DNA of 64,000 bases from Eledone cirrhosa (Eukaryota), in assembly GCA_964016885.1 (NCBI GenBank), contig OZ024743.1, positions 44,082,001 to 44,146,000 of the forward strand. Direction: 5' to 3'. The translations under genes and the position numbers were made by a program. The first letter of the stretch is position 1. Every line of letters begins with the position of its first letter. Positions 26,400 to 41,546 of this stretch are shown in pieces. Under the pieces are notes generated by a model that ran no database searches, was not told the origin of the DNA, and saw only the letters and a list, made by a program, of their open reading frames with translations.

Positions 26400-27070
26400 G
26401 CTATGGAATGTAACACAAAAAACAATTTCACACAACATCAGCAAAACCTCAAAACAAAATAGAGAGATGATTTTGAGGTACATAATTTAGAAGCCTTAAC
26501 CTCAAACTGCATCACCGGAAACAACAAGACACAGCTACAGCTGAAAAAATATAAATATGCCTGTGCAGCGTATAAACGGCAAACGCTGAATATGTTATTT
26601 TCCACATACCCCTATTCTGTCTATAGTAGCTTCAATGTAAATGGATCAAACTCTGTAAAAGAGACTTCGATAATAGATCACATTCAGAGCTACTGGAGAT
26701 CGGTATATGAAGTCAATGTTTAATAGAACAAACTAGAACTAGCTGTATAGATACATAAACTACAGTCGGACCACTGCTAGTCTGTCCAGCAAAAGCATTA
26801 TGAAATAAACGGGCAATACTGGAAAGAACTGTACAGAATATGTCAAACAGAAAATCCCCAGGCCCAGACCTCATAACAGGCTACTGGCTTACGAAATTCA
26901 CCTTTTATCGGCGGGATCTCATACGTTTGTATGGAGAAAGTATGAAGGACACAAGAACTACCCAATGGTCATCAACCCTCACAACTTTCTTCATCCCGTA
27001 AAATAGTGAAACTACTCTTACTCAAAATTACTACCCAAGAGAGCTTGTTATAACATCATGTCCAAATTAT
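26400..27070 (+). pseudogene. decayed R4/Dong-like RT N-terminal fragment
   Basis: KSPGPDLITGYWLTKFT (compare KAPGPD...FWLK.F), with upstream YWRSVY and downstream TFFIP; many stops. Confidence 0.6.
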
Positions 27071-28899
27071 ACATATTTATTTTCTTTTTTTTTTTATTTC
27101 AAAATTAAGATAACGATATTTAGCCCTTGGAATATATTACTAAAACCATCCAGAGTTGCATATTTTGCATGTTAGTGAGGATGTATCCTTCAATCCAAAG
27201 AATAAGATGAAATAATCACCATAGAGTACAGAAAGAGTACTTCAAGCCTGTAGTGTCATAATCGCTTTTCACGAGAGAGAATTGAAAATAGATTATTCGC
27301 AAAAGCGTGTTTGTTTTCAGTTCATGGGGTGTAGCTTATTATTATGAAATCTCGCAATCGAAATTTCTATTGCTACGGACTTGTGACTGCACCGACATTT
27401 TGCCAGTGCCATTAATATTTAGGCAATATGACAGTAGATTTCAAAACTGCGTAGTTAAGAGGAGATAATTTTGGAAAGATGAAACTGTGTAGAGGAAATA
27501 CAGAACAGTATATCAAACAAAATGAAGAACGCATACATTGAAATTCAATGTCGTTTACCGTGTTTCCTATACAAGAATAAAATCTCTACTCGACTAGGGT
27601 CATTCGTAGGATTATATGAGCATTTACGTCTTCTATTTTACTTTTCATTTTTGCTGTTTACTCAGTGGGAAAATAGTGTAAGCAAGATTGTATTTCAATG
27701 TATTGCGTTCTTAAAACGTGATCGGTTTTGAGCCTCAGTGACCAATAGGATGGAGGGGGAAGATGAACTAGAAATTTGGCTTGTAGTGTTAACGCAAGAA
27801 AATGATTGTATCTACCACCCAATGTGTCCCATATTATATACATCAGTGTTCGCTCTCATACATAGAAACATTGTAATTATTTCGTATTAAGGTATTCGAT
27901 GTCCGGTTTTATGTGTATGGAGACACATAAATCTAAGTTAATGAACGATATTTTCCGTTAAAATACTCGTAAGTTTATTCAACATAATGCTGAGGAAATA
28001 TATGTTTAAATAATAGATATTTAGTGGTACTTTAAGTAGAATAGTTCAAACCAGGTGGTATAGTACGTTTGCTCTAAGTTTAATATCGTTTATAATATAA
28101 CAATCACAACTGTAATTCAGCAGAGATGGCTGTTCTATAAATGAAGAGAATTGCAGAGTTCCGCTTCAATAAACTTGTCTATTATCTGTAGATGTTACAT
28201 AATATACGTTATACAAATATCTTTAATCGGTTTTGTGAAAACACGGTCTTAAGAAACATTATGTTGACATATTTCCATTATATATCTTTGTAATTCTTCG
28301 AAATTAGCTTTTTAACGTCTTCAGGTCAAAGCATTTTGTATTTTCAATATATTTGAGATTGTGTATTATTGTTCTGAAACAATATAATCAATATTTATTC
28401 TAACAAGCGGCACTTTTTTTTTCTTCTGCTAAGATCCTATCAGTTAATTAAAAATCTTCACTTTCTCTTTGTGCAACCAATCAAATGCAATGACAGAATC
28501 AATATGTAAACTTAAGCTGGAACTTCAACTTACCTGAATCAGTTTCAAGTCACCAATTCTCAATTTGATGCAGGCAAATAGGTTTGATAAATGCATCAAA
28601 ATCGGTTACCACAAGTATGTAAAACAATTTAAGTGCCAATGTTTTCTTTGTTACAAGAAGCAGGGTTTGAATGGACTCGATCGACGCTTTTTAACAATCC
28701 GGATAATCTATCGTCCGTGAATTTTAGTTAACGATTCCAAAAAGAGGAAAAGTAAATACGAGCCCGGCGGAATTTGAATAACAGCATATTAAATTTACAT
28801 CATATTCTCCATATCAGGGCTAGGTTCAGACCAATCGTAAAGCATCGATCAATGTCAAATTGTACTCTTTCCTTAGTGGGTGCAATCAACAGTACAGCT

Positions 28900-29152
28900 T
28901 CCTCATCCAATCAATGTGCAAGTCACTGAGCATTCTACGGACACGCCTACCATTTATGTAGTTCTCATAGAGCTGCAGTGGGGTACATAATGTGAGAAGG
29001 CTGGATCTTTGAATTGCAGCTAAAACTCATCTTTGCCAGTTGAGTGGACTGGAGCAACGTAAAATAAATTATATTGCTCAAGAACACAACACGCCCGAAC
29101 CGACCTTACAATCGTGAGCTCAATTATCTAACCACTAAGCCGAGCGCCTTCA
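28900..29152 (-). mobile_element. CORE-like SINE family B
   Basis: Minus strand GGCGCTCGGCTTAGTGGTTAG..GGTTCG..TTGTGTTCTTGAGCAA..CGTTGCTCCAGTCCACTCAACTGGCAAAGATGAG. Confidence 0.75.
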
Positions 29153-29599
29153 CATATTTTTGTTATTAGTAGGTTGGTAATTTACAACTAATGTTTGAAT
29201 TTTGTACAGGTCACAAATGAGAAATAATGCATAATATTCTGTAAACTGACGAAGAATTGGAACTGAGGAAATTGGTTTCCGTGTCAATGGCTGTTTTTTG
29301 TCGAATTGTTTGTTCCAATTCATTGTTTCAGACACATCTTTAATAAGATGTTCTTTGTTACAACTATAAATCTATTTTAAGAAAATCTGTGTCAAGCTCT
29401 ACACAATGTTAACAAGAGATTCTTACTATTCCAGGCCATTTTAATTTTGTGTTTAAAGTATTTCACTAGCCTCAGATTAATTTATCATCATCTGTTATAA
29501 AGACGAATGTTCCGCTATTACAAATGAAGAAATTACTCAGGAAAGAGTAATATTATTGGACTGTGGGACAAATATTATGACTAATTATCCAGCACGAAA

Positions 29600-30100
29600 T
29601 TGATGATTCCTTGCGTCCTCAGAAATATATAACCACGTCGGAGTGTTTGAGTATGCATATGACTACACAGACATAGGTACATATGGCCTTGAGGTAAAAT
29701 AGTATCACTTGAGTACTTATGTCCGTGTATGTATTTATATATACCCATCGATTCCATATTCCTGCAGAACCTTCCACATCAGGTCCCGAGCAACGCGGTC
29801 GTATGCCTTGTCGAGTTCTCCAAAGCAAGAATATACATATTGGCAATACTCCAACGATTTCTCGAAGACGTGCCACACTGTGAATAGTTGGTTCGTTGTG
29901 TTGCATCTGGGGCGAAAACCGCAACGTCCATCAGCTTGCTTGGATTCGACAGTTTCCCTACAGCTCCGTGCCAGACACTTAGCATAGACATTACCAGGGA
30001 GGCTTAACACGGAGATCTCTCTTATTTCCCGTTTTGAAAATTAGGAGTGTCATTCCCGATTGCCATTGCTTAGGTGCATTTTCAGAAATCCAAACCACCC
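29600..30100 (-). pseudogene. RTE-clade LINE reverse transcriptase fragment
   Basis: ISVLSLPGNVYAK..CGFRPRCNTTNQLFT...EKSLEY...YSCFGELDKAYDRV.R..MWKVLQEYGI. Confidence 0.85.
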
Positions 30101-30399
30101 GGATTCTTTTTTCACTCTTAATCATTACTTATGTCAGAGCTGAACAATCTCGAGGCAGAGTGGTGGTTATTGAGACTTGGCATAAGTAATGATTAAAACT
30201 AAAAGAATTAAACTAAGCGTTTATACATTAGAGAAACATAAATATGGTTTCATTTTCCTTTATGGTAAATATATTAATTCATAATAATGATTTTGTTAGC
30301 CATATGCTGTTTAGTAATTTGTTTCTCCGACATTCCTGTAACTTTTAGTAGAGCTCGCATTATTCCATGTTTTATCGATTATTATAATGACCTTATTCA

Positions 30400-31700
30400 T
30401 TCTTAGCATTAACTATTTTTACAAGTGCTTTTATTAAATGTTCCTATATAGTTTCTAATATCGTATCTAAATATTTATTTTTACATATTTATTTAGTTTA
30501 GATTTCGAAAATATTCTGTAGAGTATTTTTTTATCCAAACACCTGATATTTCTTTCTTCTTTTTTCGCATTTTCGTATGGAATTAAACGTTATAGCCTTT
30601 TAAAATAGAGCTTCTAAATTAACTATATAGCAATAAAAGATGTTGTTTGTCATGTCGTGGTTATTATGGTTTCCTTTAGTATTGATCATTTCTAGGTTTC
30701 GCCGATGACGCAAACATAAGCAAATGTAATAATTAATATTAAAGACAAAGATCAGATCCAAATTTATGAAAAATATGAAGTATAATATTCTTAATGAAGG
30801 TTTTACGAGGTGATTTCTTTTAGGTTTGATTATATTTTTGTAGAAATTGTATCTAGAATATTGTTATATTTTTTGCATTATTAAATGTTTACTCTGAACC
30901 TCGTCATACTTATAGGTTGACGAATTTACTTACATTGAACAGATGTTTACCCAATGTTATGGAGTATACCACTGTTATGAAAATTCGTATTATTTTGCTA
31001 TTTGAAGATTTACATTGAGTTTAAGATATTATCGGCTGAGTATTTACCATATCGTTTTATTAGGGTCTATTAGTCCCATGAAGAGCAGTCTGAAATAGAC
31101 GGCAATGGTTTCTTGTTGAGGCAAAATGCCAACAATTTTGGGATACAGAAAAGTCGATCAAATCGACCCCAGTGCGTTACTGGTGTCGATAAAATAAAGC
31201 ACCAGTAATACACTGGCATAATTGCTGGCCTTGAGCCAAAAAGTTGAAACATAATTGTATCTACTTTTGGCACAAGGACAACAATTACGCCAGTGCATTA
31301 CTGGTGCTTTGTAGTTGTAGGTAGAATGTTCAAGTTCATAAAGATTAGTTAGTTTTATCAGAGAGATCGAAGATTTTATCAGCAGATCTAATGGTTTTAC
31401 TTAGTTTATGTCTTTACTTAGTTTATTCTGAAAAGTGTTGGAGTGTTTCTGGAGCGATGTTAGAAACTAGATTAATAAGATCCAATTCAAAAGCAGCAAG
31501 GTCATTTACATTAAGTGCTAATTTCTAGACATCCAGTGAAAATATTGGTTATCTAGTTATTATCCGGTCGAATACCAGGAAGCCTTCATCTCAATCGGTT
31601 GATCGCATTTTAAATTTTTTGAAGGAGTTGCAACAGTCACTGTCCTCTTGTAACAAAATTTGTTCTGAAATATGGTCTAGAGCGAATTAACTGAATTTAT
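30400..31700 (-). pseudogene. highly decayed Naiad-like PLE ORF (N-terminal region and RT), interrupted by SINE pieces
   Basis: DLAAFELDLINLVSNI..NTFQNKL.KDI..IRSADKIF..SDKT.NLYEL at about 31510-31325 and GLIDPNKT at about 31075, matching the Naiad ADKT.NLY / RLINP.K pattern. Confidence 0.5.
31107..31310. mobile_element. three SINE family A 3' fragments in alternating orientation
   Basis: (-)31107-31185, (+)31186-31252, (-)31252-31310; tail-to-tail inverted pair centred near 31252. Confidence 0.7.
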
Positions 31701-31913
31701 TTTCTTCGACTTTTCAACTTAACACTTTTCCTCCTTGTGTAACACAAGTTGCCTCCATTGGTTCTTTTCATAGTTATTTCCCTGTTCCCAAACATTTATC
31801 GATGTTTGTTCTATTTATAGATACATTCAGGATTACCTTACCCTTAGTATTCTACTATACTTTCTAAGATCTCCATAGGGGAATCCATTTTATATATATA
31901 TATATTTATATGA

Positions 31914-31960
31914 CAGGCTGAATGAGTTGGACTTCAGGACCAACGAAACGTACGTTTCTG
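31914..31960 (+). ncRNA. hammerhead motif with 1-nt core insertion
   Basis: CAGG-CTGAATGA-GTTGG(ACTTCAGGA)CCAAC-GAAA-CGTACG-TT-TCTG in an about 90-bp insert between TA tracts. Confidence 0.65.
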
Positions 31961-32004
31961 GTATGGTGCCATTGTAGTAAATGAGCTTAATAATTATATA
32001 TATA

Positions 32005-32042
32005 TAGAGAGAGAGAGAGATAGAGGGGGAGAGAGAGAGATA

Positions 32043-32133
<91 letters not shown>
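32005..32133. repeat. (GA)n microsatellite
   Basis: Direct reading. Confidence 0.95.
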
Positions 32134-32137
<4 letters not shown>

Positions 32138-33430
32138 TGATTCATATATATATATGCCTGGGCATGTGTCTATGTGAGCTTGGGAGAAGTGTGTCTATTA
32201 CTACTTTTGAGTTACGTGCATAACATTGACATTTCATCAAATGAAACAAGCGATAAATTGACTGCAATATTTCTGAATATATGTAAATTGACTTTGGAAA
32301 TGTTCATGCAATTTAAGGTTTGTTGGTATTTGTACATGTGTTGTGATTAAATAATTGAATATGATGGGTACGTTTGTGTATGCGAAAGATTGGCGTCCAT
32401 ATATTTATTTTAAACATTGATGGGTATACAAAACTTCTAGATCTTTAAATGCTAATAACCTAACAGAAAATATCTAATGATGGTTTGTTAATTTACATTT
32501 TGACAGTAGCTTTAACAGTTTGCAGATTTTGTGATAATTTACAGTGTAAATGCAAAGATAATGCTTATTGTGATGCATCCATAGTGGTGCCCTGTACTTT
32601 TAAAGTTTGCATTGCCAATGCTGTTTCATGCGATACAAAATATTTCTGATATGTGGCCTCTGAATGGCCGAATTTTAAAGGCTTCCCATGGCAATCGTAA
32701 TGACGAGAGATCTATCATACTGCCTAGCGTCTTGTGTTTATCTAATTGATCCTAGTCTCGGATCAACAGAAGTCACGTGAATGAAAATCGGTAGACGGAA
32801 ATTCTTTCCAAGTCCGTCGGCTGGAATTTACCTGTAATTAAAACGACCAGCTTCACCGCATAGTGTATCAGGAGGATACAGATTTCTATGGAATGCAGAC
32901 CTACTTACACATTAAATTCAGGAGCAGGCTTTTCCATTGCTAGCACAACGGGAACACTCACTATAAAAATTAACGGAGAGGAACTTCATTGTTTTTACAT
33001 ATCTGTTCGAAATCAAAAAATTTCAGTTCTTAAACAAAAATATGAAAGATATTGTTCGTTATTTTCTCTATTTCAGATTTCTACATTTGGCTTTAATCTC
33101 TCTTACATATAGGATACATTCTGATGTTCACTTCCTCAATAGGGCTCACTAAACACACTCGTGCTTTCTCTCCAAAAGTTCTTTTTTGCATGTTTCATCT
33201 TCTTATATCAGTTCTCTTTATATTTATTCTTTTACCTTTCATTATTTCTTATTAACATCAGAAACGTTACCATATATTCCTTCAATACCACGCGATAAAT
33301 TGATATATATCGGATATTACTGTATAGTTTCCCTGTATTGTCTTTTGGTCTTCTTTTCGTATATATACATACATAGATAGACACGCACACAAACACGCAC
33401 AAACACACACACACATATACACACACACAC

Positions 33431-33491
<61 letters not shown>

Positions 33492-33574
33492 TGTGTGTGA
33501 GTGTGTGAGGGTGTGTATATATGTATGTATATATTCAAAATGTACGAAAGCAAAAAATAGGATATTATTGTTTT

Positions 33575-33965
33575 GGCAGTATTGGTAGAGGGTCGGACGC
33601 CATGCTTTGACGTATAGAGTTACAGCCCTTGCCATTTTGAGTTCAAATTCCGCCAAGGTTAACTTTGCCTTTCATCCTTACGGGGTCGATAAAATAAAGT
33701 ACCAGTAATGCACTGGGTAATTGCTGGCGTTGTGCCTAATGTAGAAACAATTATTATTTATGTATGTATCGCGGCCATTGGATTGGCAGTATCAGTAGAG
33801 GGTCGGACGCCATGCTTTCCAACATAGTTACGTCCCTTTACGATCTGAGTTCAAATCCCGCCGACGTTGACTTTGCCTTTCATCCTTACGGGGTCGATAA
33901 AAAAAGGACCAGTAATGCACTGGGTATGTGCTGGCATTGTGCCTAAAGTAGAAACAATTATTTAT
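33575..33965 (+). mobile_element. two tandem SINE family A copies
   Basis: TGGCAGTAT..GAGTTCAAAT..GCCTTTCATCCTTACGGGGTCGATAAAA..GTAGAAACAATTATT occurs twice. Confidence 0.88.
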
Positions 33966-34423
33966 TTATGTATCTTTACGAACGTTTCAACGCGGCTAGA
34001 ATATGTCAACGCTTTCAGGAGAAACTGTTAATTACCAGTTAACAAGGAACTCCATTACGGGTGCTTTATCACAACCGTATCTCTTCAGGAAATATATAGA
34101 ACAAAATAACAATAAGTTAAGACAAAAGTTAAGACAAAAATCAAGAAAAAGGGACGATTCAAAATATGAAGCTATAACTTCAAATACCAATTTGGCATAC
34201 TTGGAAACTTTCGTAATGATGTATAAATAAATGGTAATAGCTTATTCTTGACTCTTTTAACATTTTTAAATGCTCTGTTACCTGAAATTCCCTTAAATCA
34301 TTCAGTCCCTTTTCACTCCTTAATAACAGAGGCTGGTAAAGTGAATCGATCTTCCATCGATCTATCTCATCTTAGCAATGAAAATAGTGAAGTACTGACA
34401 CATAACCGGATATATTACACACA

Positions 34424-34477
<54 letters not shown>

Positions 34478-36005
34478 GGGGGGGGGGTCCAAATGAAGTG
34501 TCTCCAAATTCAGATACAGAAAATGCGTAGTCCTGAATACACGAGATTTAAACGATATATTAATATTCTTATAGGTGATGAATTTACAGCAATTATTGAA
34601 TGGATTAATATATGCCTTGCAGAGAATTAATTCCATGCGTTTACATTGAGTCAGAATAATCTCAGACTTCACTTTTCCTTTTAACCCTCTGGACACCTTA
34701 ATATAGATATCAATTAAGATCACGATTGTAATCTGTCGACTTCACCGATTTCACATTGAAAGCTTAGGTAGAGTTTCTGACAACTTAACCTCTGAATATT
34801 AAGGGAGATAAAGTGTTCACATCTTTCATATTTCGGAACGAGATTTGATTAACTGATCACACAACTTAGCTACATATAAATTCAGGGGTACTCAAACTAT
34901 CACTACCAAATTCCTATTTTCCTAAAATCAATCCACACTCACACACCCATATAGCCACTGCTAAAAAGTATCAAAATGAAAATGTATGCACTTTTCTGGC
35001 TGTGAAAGATAGTGAGCCTCACTAAGGACAGAATGATATAGAAATGTTTTGGGGTGTTTTCTGCGGGTGAAACACTGCAATCCATGTGCAACTATCCCAG
35101 TGATATAGATGGCAAATGGCACAAACAGAAACACTCGGTCAAAGAATGTTGTCTTTATGAAGTCCGTTATCTTCACTCTCTTGTGTTACGGAGGTTCCCA
35201 AACCTACGACGGAAATGATGAAGTTAGAACCGGAGAACCTTTCGAAAATTATTTCATGCCATATTAGTAATTTACCCACCTGGAAAGAAGGAAAGCATTA
35301 TCCTATCTAGTCTTCCCTAGTTCCTGTGGTGGCTGTAGACAGGTGGTTATTATGACAGAGAACCTTTTTTGTTGGGGGTGGTATCATGGTTGAGTTGTCC
35401 AGAATCATTCATAAGTTTATCTAAAATAAGGTAACTAAGAATTAAATAATTATACACAAGTTTGAAAGTAAACGCAACATTTATCAATACAATTGTACAC
35501 ACAAGTCTTAAGTCAGACAATGGCAACGATAAATCACATTGGCCAAAGATGCCACGCAGTTAGACCAAAACCGCATCGATATGATGGCAAATTAAACGCC
35601 TTAATTATTCAGGCACGCTACGTTCACCGCGAGGTGCATACATATTTTTACAGAAATGCAAAGCTATGTTTAAATCAATATAAATCCTATGCACAATATT
35701 GTGAATTGGAATATTTTAAAAACATTTGTGCATTTAACTTCGAAATGTTTATGTATATGCAAACAGAATTATGATGTAATATGTCCGGGGATTGCAAGTG
35801 CAAATATTACGCACCAATGGTTGCAAAATGCTTTTTGTGTACAAATTAACGTAAATTACAATAGACGTTCGTAATGAGAGGCGTAATTTAAATTCGTTTT
35901 AATGGTGTATATTTGTATGAAATTATAAACGGTTTTCTCTATTTTCAATTTATATCGATTTACCATTTATCCATTCTATATACATACTGCATACACACAC
36001 ACACA

Positions 36006-36056
<51 letters not shown>

Positions 36057-36085
36057 ATTATATATATGTATATATATACACATAT

Positions 36086-36159
<74 letters not shown>

Positions 36160-36179
36160 ATATACGTACATACATAAAT

Positions 36180-36520
36180 GTATACAGACGTACAGTGGTA
36201 TATATATATATACACACATATATATATGCACGTATCGGTTTACCGAACATTTATTATAATGCTCGGTTTGTTTGTTTGTAAACAAACAAAGAGCCCGAAT
36301 TACGCCGTACAGTGTTTAGGCAACCACGTCACCTTTTTGTTGAACACTGACACAGGAAAGATGTACTGGTTTCAAGCTTATTAGCTATCGTCAGCATCGT
36401 ATACCTTCCTGCCATATGGTTGAACGTCTGAGAGTATATACTTTCCTTATGCATATTAACGGCTGAGCAGCCTAACTTGCATATCGAGTGAGTTCAGTCA
36501 GCCGGGCACACCGAAAACGA
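36180..36520 (-). mobile_element. PLE pLTR family P3
   Basis: About 300-bp homology with 51835-52141; contains an HHR. Confidence 0.8.
36360..36398 (-). ncRNA. minimal type I hammerhead ribozyme
   Basis: GATG-CTGACGA-TAGCTAATAAGCTT-GAAA-CCAG-TA-CATC. Confidence 0.8.
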
Positions 36521-36522
36521 TA

Positions 36523-36665
36523 AATGGAATAGAATGAAACGAAATTTCATTTCTCATTCTTAGTATGGCACTTACTTAAATATAAGTATGTATGTATACG
36601 TACATTCACATTTAAGTAAGTGCCGTACTAAGAGTGAGAAATGAAATTTCGTTTCATTATATTCC

Positions 36666-36668
<3 letters not shown>
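36523..36668. repeat. fold-back element (about 60-bp arms) ending in (TA)n
   Basis: AATGGAATAGAATGAAACGAAATTTCATTTCTCATTCTTAGTATGGCACTTACTTAAAT and its reverse complement. Confidence 0.85.
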
Positions 36669-36726
<58 letters not shown>

Positions 36727-36731
<5 letters not shown>

Positions 36732-37033
36732 TAAAGGGATTAGAATATGCTGACAAATTGTTCACAGTGAAAAATAGTTTAATTAGGAATAAGTGAGAAT
36801 TAGTAATAGTATTGGTTAGTATTCAGTTTTGGTTTTAAATTTTACCGGTTGCGCATTTCTAATGCTTTTCAAAAATAATTTTGAGATAGAGCGTCCGTAA
36901 CGTTTGCGCAACCTGTAAAACTTAAAACCAAAACTGAATACTAACCAATACTATTACTAATTCTCACTTATTCCTAATTAAACTATTTTTCACTGTGAGG
37001 AATCTGTCAGCATTTTCTATTCCATTTACCAAT
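36727..37033. mobile_element. fold-back pLTR-like element (about 128-bp arms)
   Basis: Arms 36727-36855 and 36905-37033; the inner end on the minus strand reads GAAA-TGCGCA (HHR-like stem III); left end in (TA)n. Confidence 0.8.
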
Positions 37034-37089
37034 ATATCATAACTTGTGTGTTACACCTCTATTCATTTAAATATATATATATATGTATA

Positions 37090-38740
37090 TATCCACCATC
37101 AAAGACCTTATTGCCTCCTCCCTCCCCCCCTCCACTGCTTCGCACCTCATCGTCCGCACCCCCCGCACCCCCACCATCTACTTCCTCCCCAAACTCCACA
37201 AACCCGACAACACCGGCCGCCCCATCGTCTCCGCTTGCAACTGCCCCACCGAACTCATCTCCGGCTTTCTCGACTCCATCCTCGCCCCCCTTGTCACCAC
37301 CCTCCCCTCCCACATCTCCGACACCAACCACGCCCTGCGCCTTTTCGACTCCTTCACCTACCCACCCGGCCCACAGCCCTTCCTCTTCACCCTAGACATC
37401 AAGTCCCTCTATACCGTCATCCCCCACGCCGACGGCCTACGCGCCCTCAAACACTACCTCGACATTCGCCCCTCCCACATTCCCTCCACCCCCACCCTCT
37501 TTCGCTTCGCCGAGCTGGTCCTCACCCTGAATTGTTTCTCCTTCTCGGGTGAGTTTTACCAACAGGTCACGGGGGTAACCATGGGTACAAGAATGGGCCC
37601 GAACTATGCCAACCTTTTTGTTGGCCATGTTGAGGCCCAAATCTTTGCCCAGTACACCGGCCCCACGCCCGAACTGTACGGTCGTTACATTGACGACTGT
37701 ATCGGAGCCACGACCCTCACCCGAGAACAGCTCGACTCCTTTCTCTCCTTCTTCTGCTCCTTCCACCCCTCCCTCCACTTCACCACCTCTATCTCCACCA
37801 CCCACGTCCACTTCTTAGACATCTCCGTCGCCTTCGACCCCTACCACCACTCCCTCGTCACCTCCGCCTTCTTCAAACCTACCGACTCCCACTCTTACCT
37901 CGACTTCACCTCTTCCCACCCCACCCACACTAAATACTCCATTCCCTAATCCCAACTTCTCAGGATCCGCCGCCTCTGTAGCCGAGATGCTGACTTTGAG
38001 TCCCAGGTCCTTTCCCTAGTCAGCCATTTCATACGCAGCGGTTAGCCCCCTCTCTCGTCCACACCGTTCTCACCCGCGCCCGTGCTGTCCCCCGCTCCTT
38101 CACCCTCACCCCACGCCACGGCATACCCACCCACCGTCTCCCCTTCCCCATCACCTACCACCCCTCCACATATACCCTCCACCGCACCATCCGCCGCCTC
38201 TTCCGACGCCTCCAGTCCGACCCCTCCACCTCCCACATCTTCCCAACCCCACCACTCACCTCCTTCAAACGCGCACGCAAGCTCCGCACCCTCTTCCTCC
38301 ACAGCTCCCTACCGCCCAACCCACGCTCTGTCCCCCCCCCCGGTTCCTTTCCCTGTTCTAGGCCCCGCTGCAACACCTGTCCCAACATCACCAACACCAC
38401 CACCTTCCAGGGTCCCAACGGCCACTCTCTCTCTGTCCGGCATGCCTTCCGCTGCACCTCCTCCAAACTTGTCTACGGAATTCGCGACTTATGTCGGACA
38501 GACGGGACGTCGCCTGGCGGACCAATTCACTTAGCAGCTCCGGGATATTCGTCTCGGGGGTAGTTCCCCCATCGCCCGCCAATTTGGTGGCCCTGGACAT
38601 TCCGCACGCCATCTCACAGTCTGTGGCCTACTCCAGTGCCACGGAACACCCGCCAATCGCCTTAGAGTCGAACAACGAACTATCTTCATCTTACAGACCC
38701 ACACTCCCCCCGGCCTGAACTCCCCACCCTTATTCCTTTA
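37090..38740 (+). pseudogene. PLE RT, CxxxxCxxC linker and GIY-YIG endonuclease
   Basis: IYFLPKLHKPDNTGRPIVS; FTLDIKSLYTVIP; GVTMGTRMGPNYANLF; RYIDD; VHFLD; KPTDSHSYL; FPCSRPRCNTC; TYVGQTGRRL; PGLN. Stops and frameshifts after 37949. Confidence 0.93.
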
Positions 38741-40223
38741 GCCTTCGACCGCCCCCTCCCCCCACACTTAACCACCACTGACACACCCCTCCTTTTCACC
38801 GCCCACCCCACAACTAACAATACTAACACCTCCACTCCACCCCTCATCTGACCACCCTTCCCCAACTAACATACTAACATCCCTCCCTTCTTCTGCTCAT
38901 CCCTCCTCCTTATCACACGCACACACCCACCGGCACATATATACACGCGCTCACACTAAAAACACACCCTACTACCACCACTAACCCTCACCCCCACACC
39001 TCTCACCCCCACACCTCCATCCCACCACCCCGCAACTAACCTCACTAACACCCCCTGACCCCAAGCACACGAACACACGCACCCACTTACACCACCCACT
39101 CCACACGCAATTAACATCACTAACACCCCCAACCCCACGCACACGTACCCACACACCCTCGTACCCCACCAACTCTACACACCCTACCACCACTAACCCC
39201 CACTCACACCTGCATTCAACCCTTCCCCACCTCCCGTATACTAACACCCACTAACACCCCCTCATCAAACTACACACACACCAGTACACCACATTCTCTC
39301 CATAGAACTACACACACCCTTCTCTCCCCGCTCCACCCACACCCTCGCTCCACACTCACTCATCCCACTAACACCTCTACTAATACACACACACACCCTC
39401 CTCACTCCAACTTTCACACCTACCCTTCCTCGCCCCTTTACCATTCCACCGACTGCTGCTATGCCCTCTGACCACCTCCCAGCAAAAACAGACACACAGC
39501 ACTCCCACTGCTTGACCACTTCCTGTTGCGCGCGCACCCCACATCTCTCCTCTTCCGACCATCTCTTCATGGAATACTCGTACGTAGAACTTGAAAACCA
39601 CAGAATCCACTAAACATCATAGGATTTTACCAACTTTTCAACCATCCTCTTACGTAATCACCTATATAACTCACCCACACACACACCCCAAACATTTTTT
39701 TTTCTCCACACGCCACCTACACCCACAACGCGCTTAAACCCCACACACACGTGCTTTCCACCACATATTTACACCCTCAGCCTCCTGATTCCTCTCCCCC
39801 ACCCCTCTATCCACACACGCACAGACACTCCGACCCCCCCCCCCCACACACACACCTCTTCCTGAACATGCAACCCCGTTCTTTCCCAAACCCTTACTTT
39901 CACATACACACACACACACACGTACACCTACACACACACCACCTTCAGCCCTCCCTGCCCGGACACCCCGTCTCCCTCTCCCCACTCCACCCGCCACCAC
40001 CCCTACACACCCAAAACCCTTCCACCACCTGTTTAACCCCCCTTTCAATTTCAGTTTATTTTGATCATGCTTTTATATTTAAATTTATTTCATTCCTTGT
40101 ATTTTGATCATGCTTTATATTTATTTTTATTTTTATTGTTTTCATTCTCACCGTTTCCTTTCGCTACATGTCTCTCCACCACTCCCCTACACACCCTTTG
40201 AACTCTGTTCCCACACACTTCTC

Positions 40224-40255
40224 ACCTGAGGAAGGGCTTATGCCCGAAACGTCGT
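40224..40255 (+). ncRNA. minimal type I hammerhead ribozyme
   Basis: AC-CTGAGGA-A-GGGC(TTAT)GCCC-GAAA-CG-TC-GT; palindromic stem III ACGT, GUC triplet. Confidence 0.88.
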
Positions 40256-40367
40256 TCCCCACCAACACCCCACTCTCCAGAGCGTGAAATTAATAAACAT
40301 TCGTTGTACTGCCTCTCTGTTTTGTTCCTGTTCAAATTTTTCCATTATATATATATATATATATATA

Positions 40368-41546
<1,179 letters not shown>

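Larger units (their letters stand above)
37090..40346 (+). mobile_element. 5'-truncated Neptune-like PLE with 1.5-kb C/A-rich 3'UTR and HHR, between (TA)n tracts
   Basis: RT and EN pseudogene, HHR at 40224, ends TTCCATT-(AT)n. Confidence 0.92.

Noticed and set aside
30695-30725. FADD motif on the plus strand suggesting a CR1 RT or an exon
   Set aside because: No flanking RT motifs; the region is better explained by a decayed minus-strand Naiad-like ORF.
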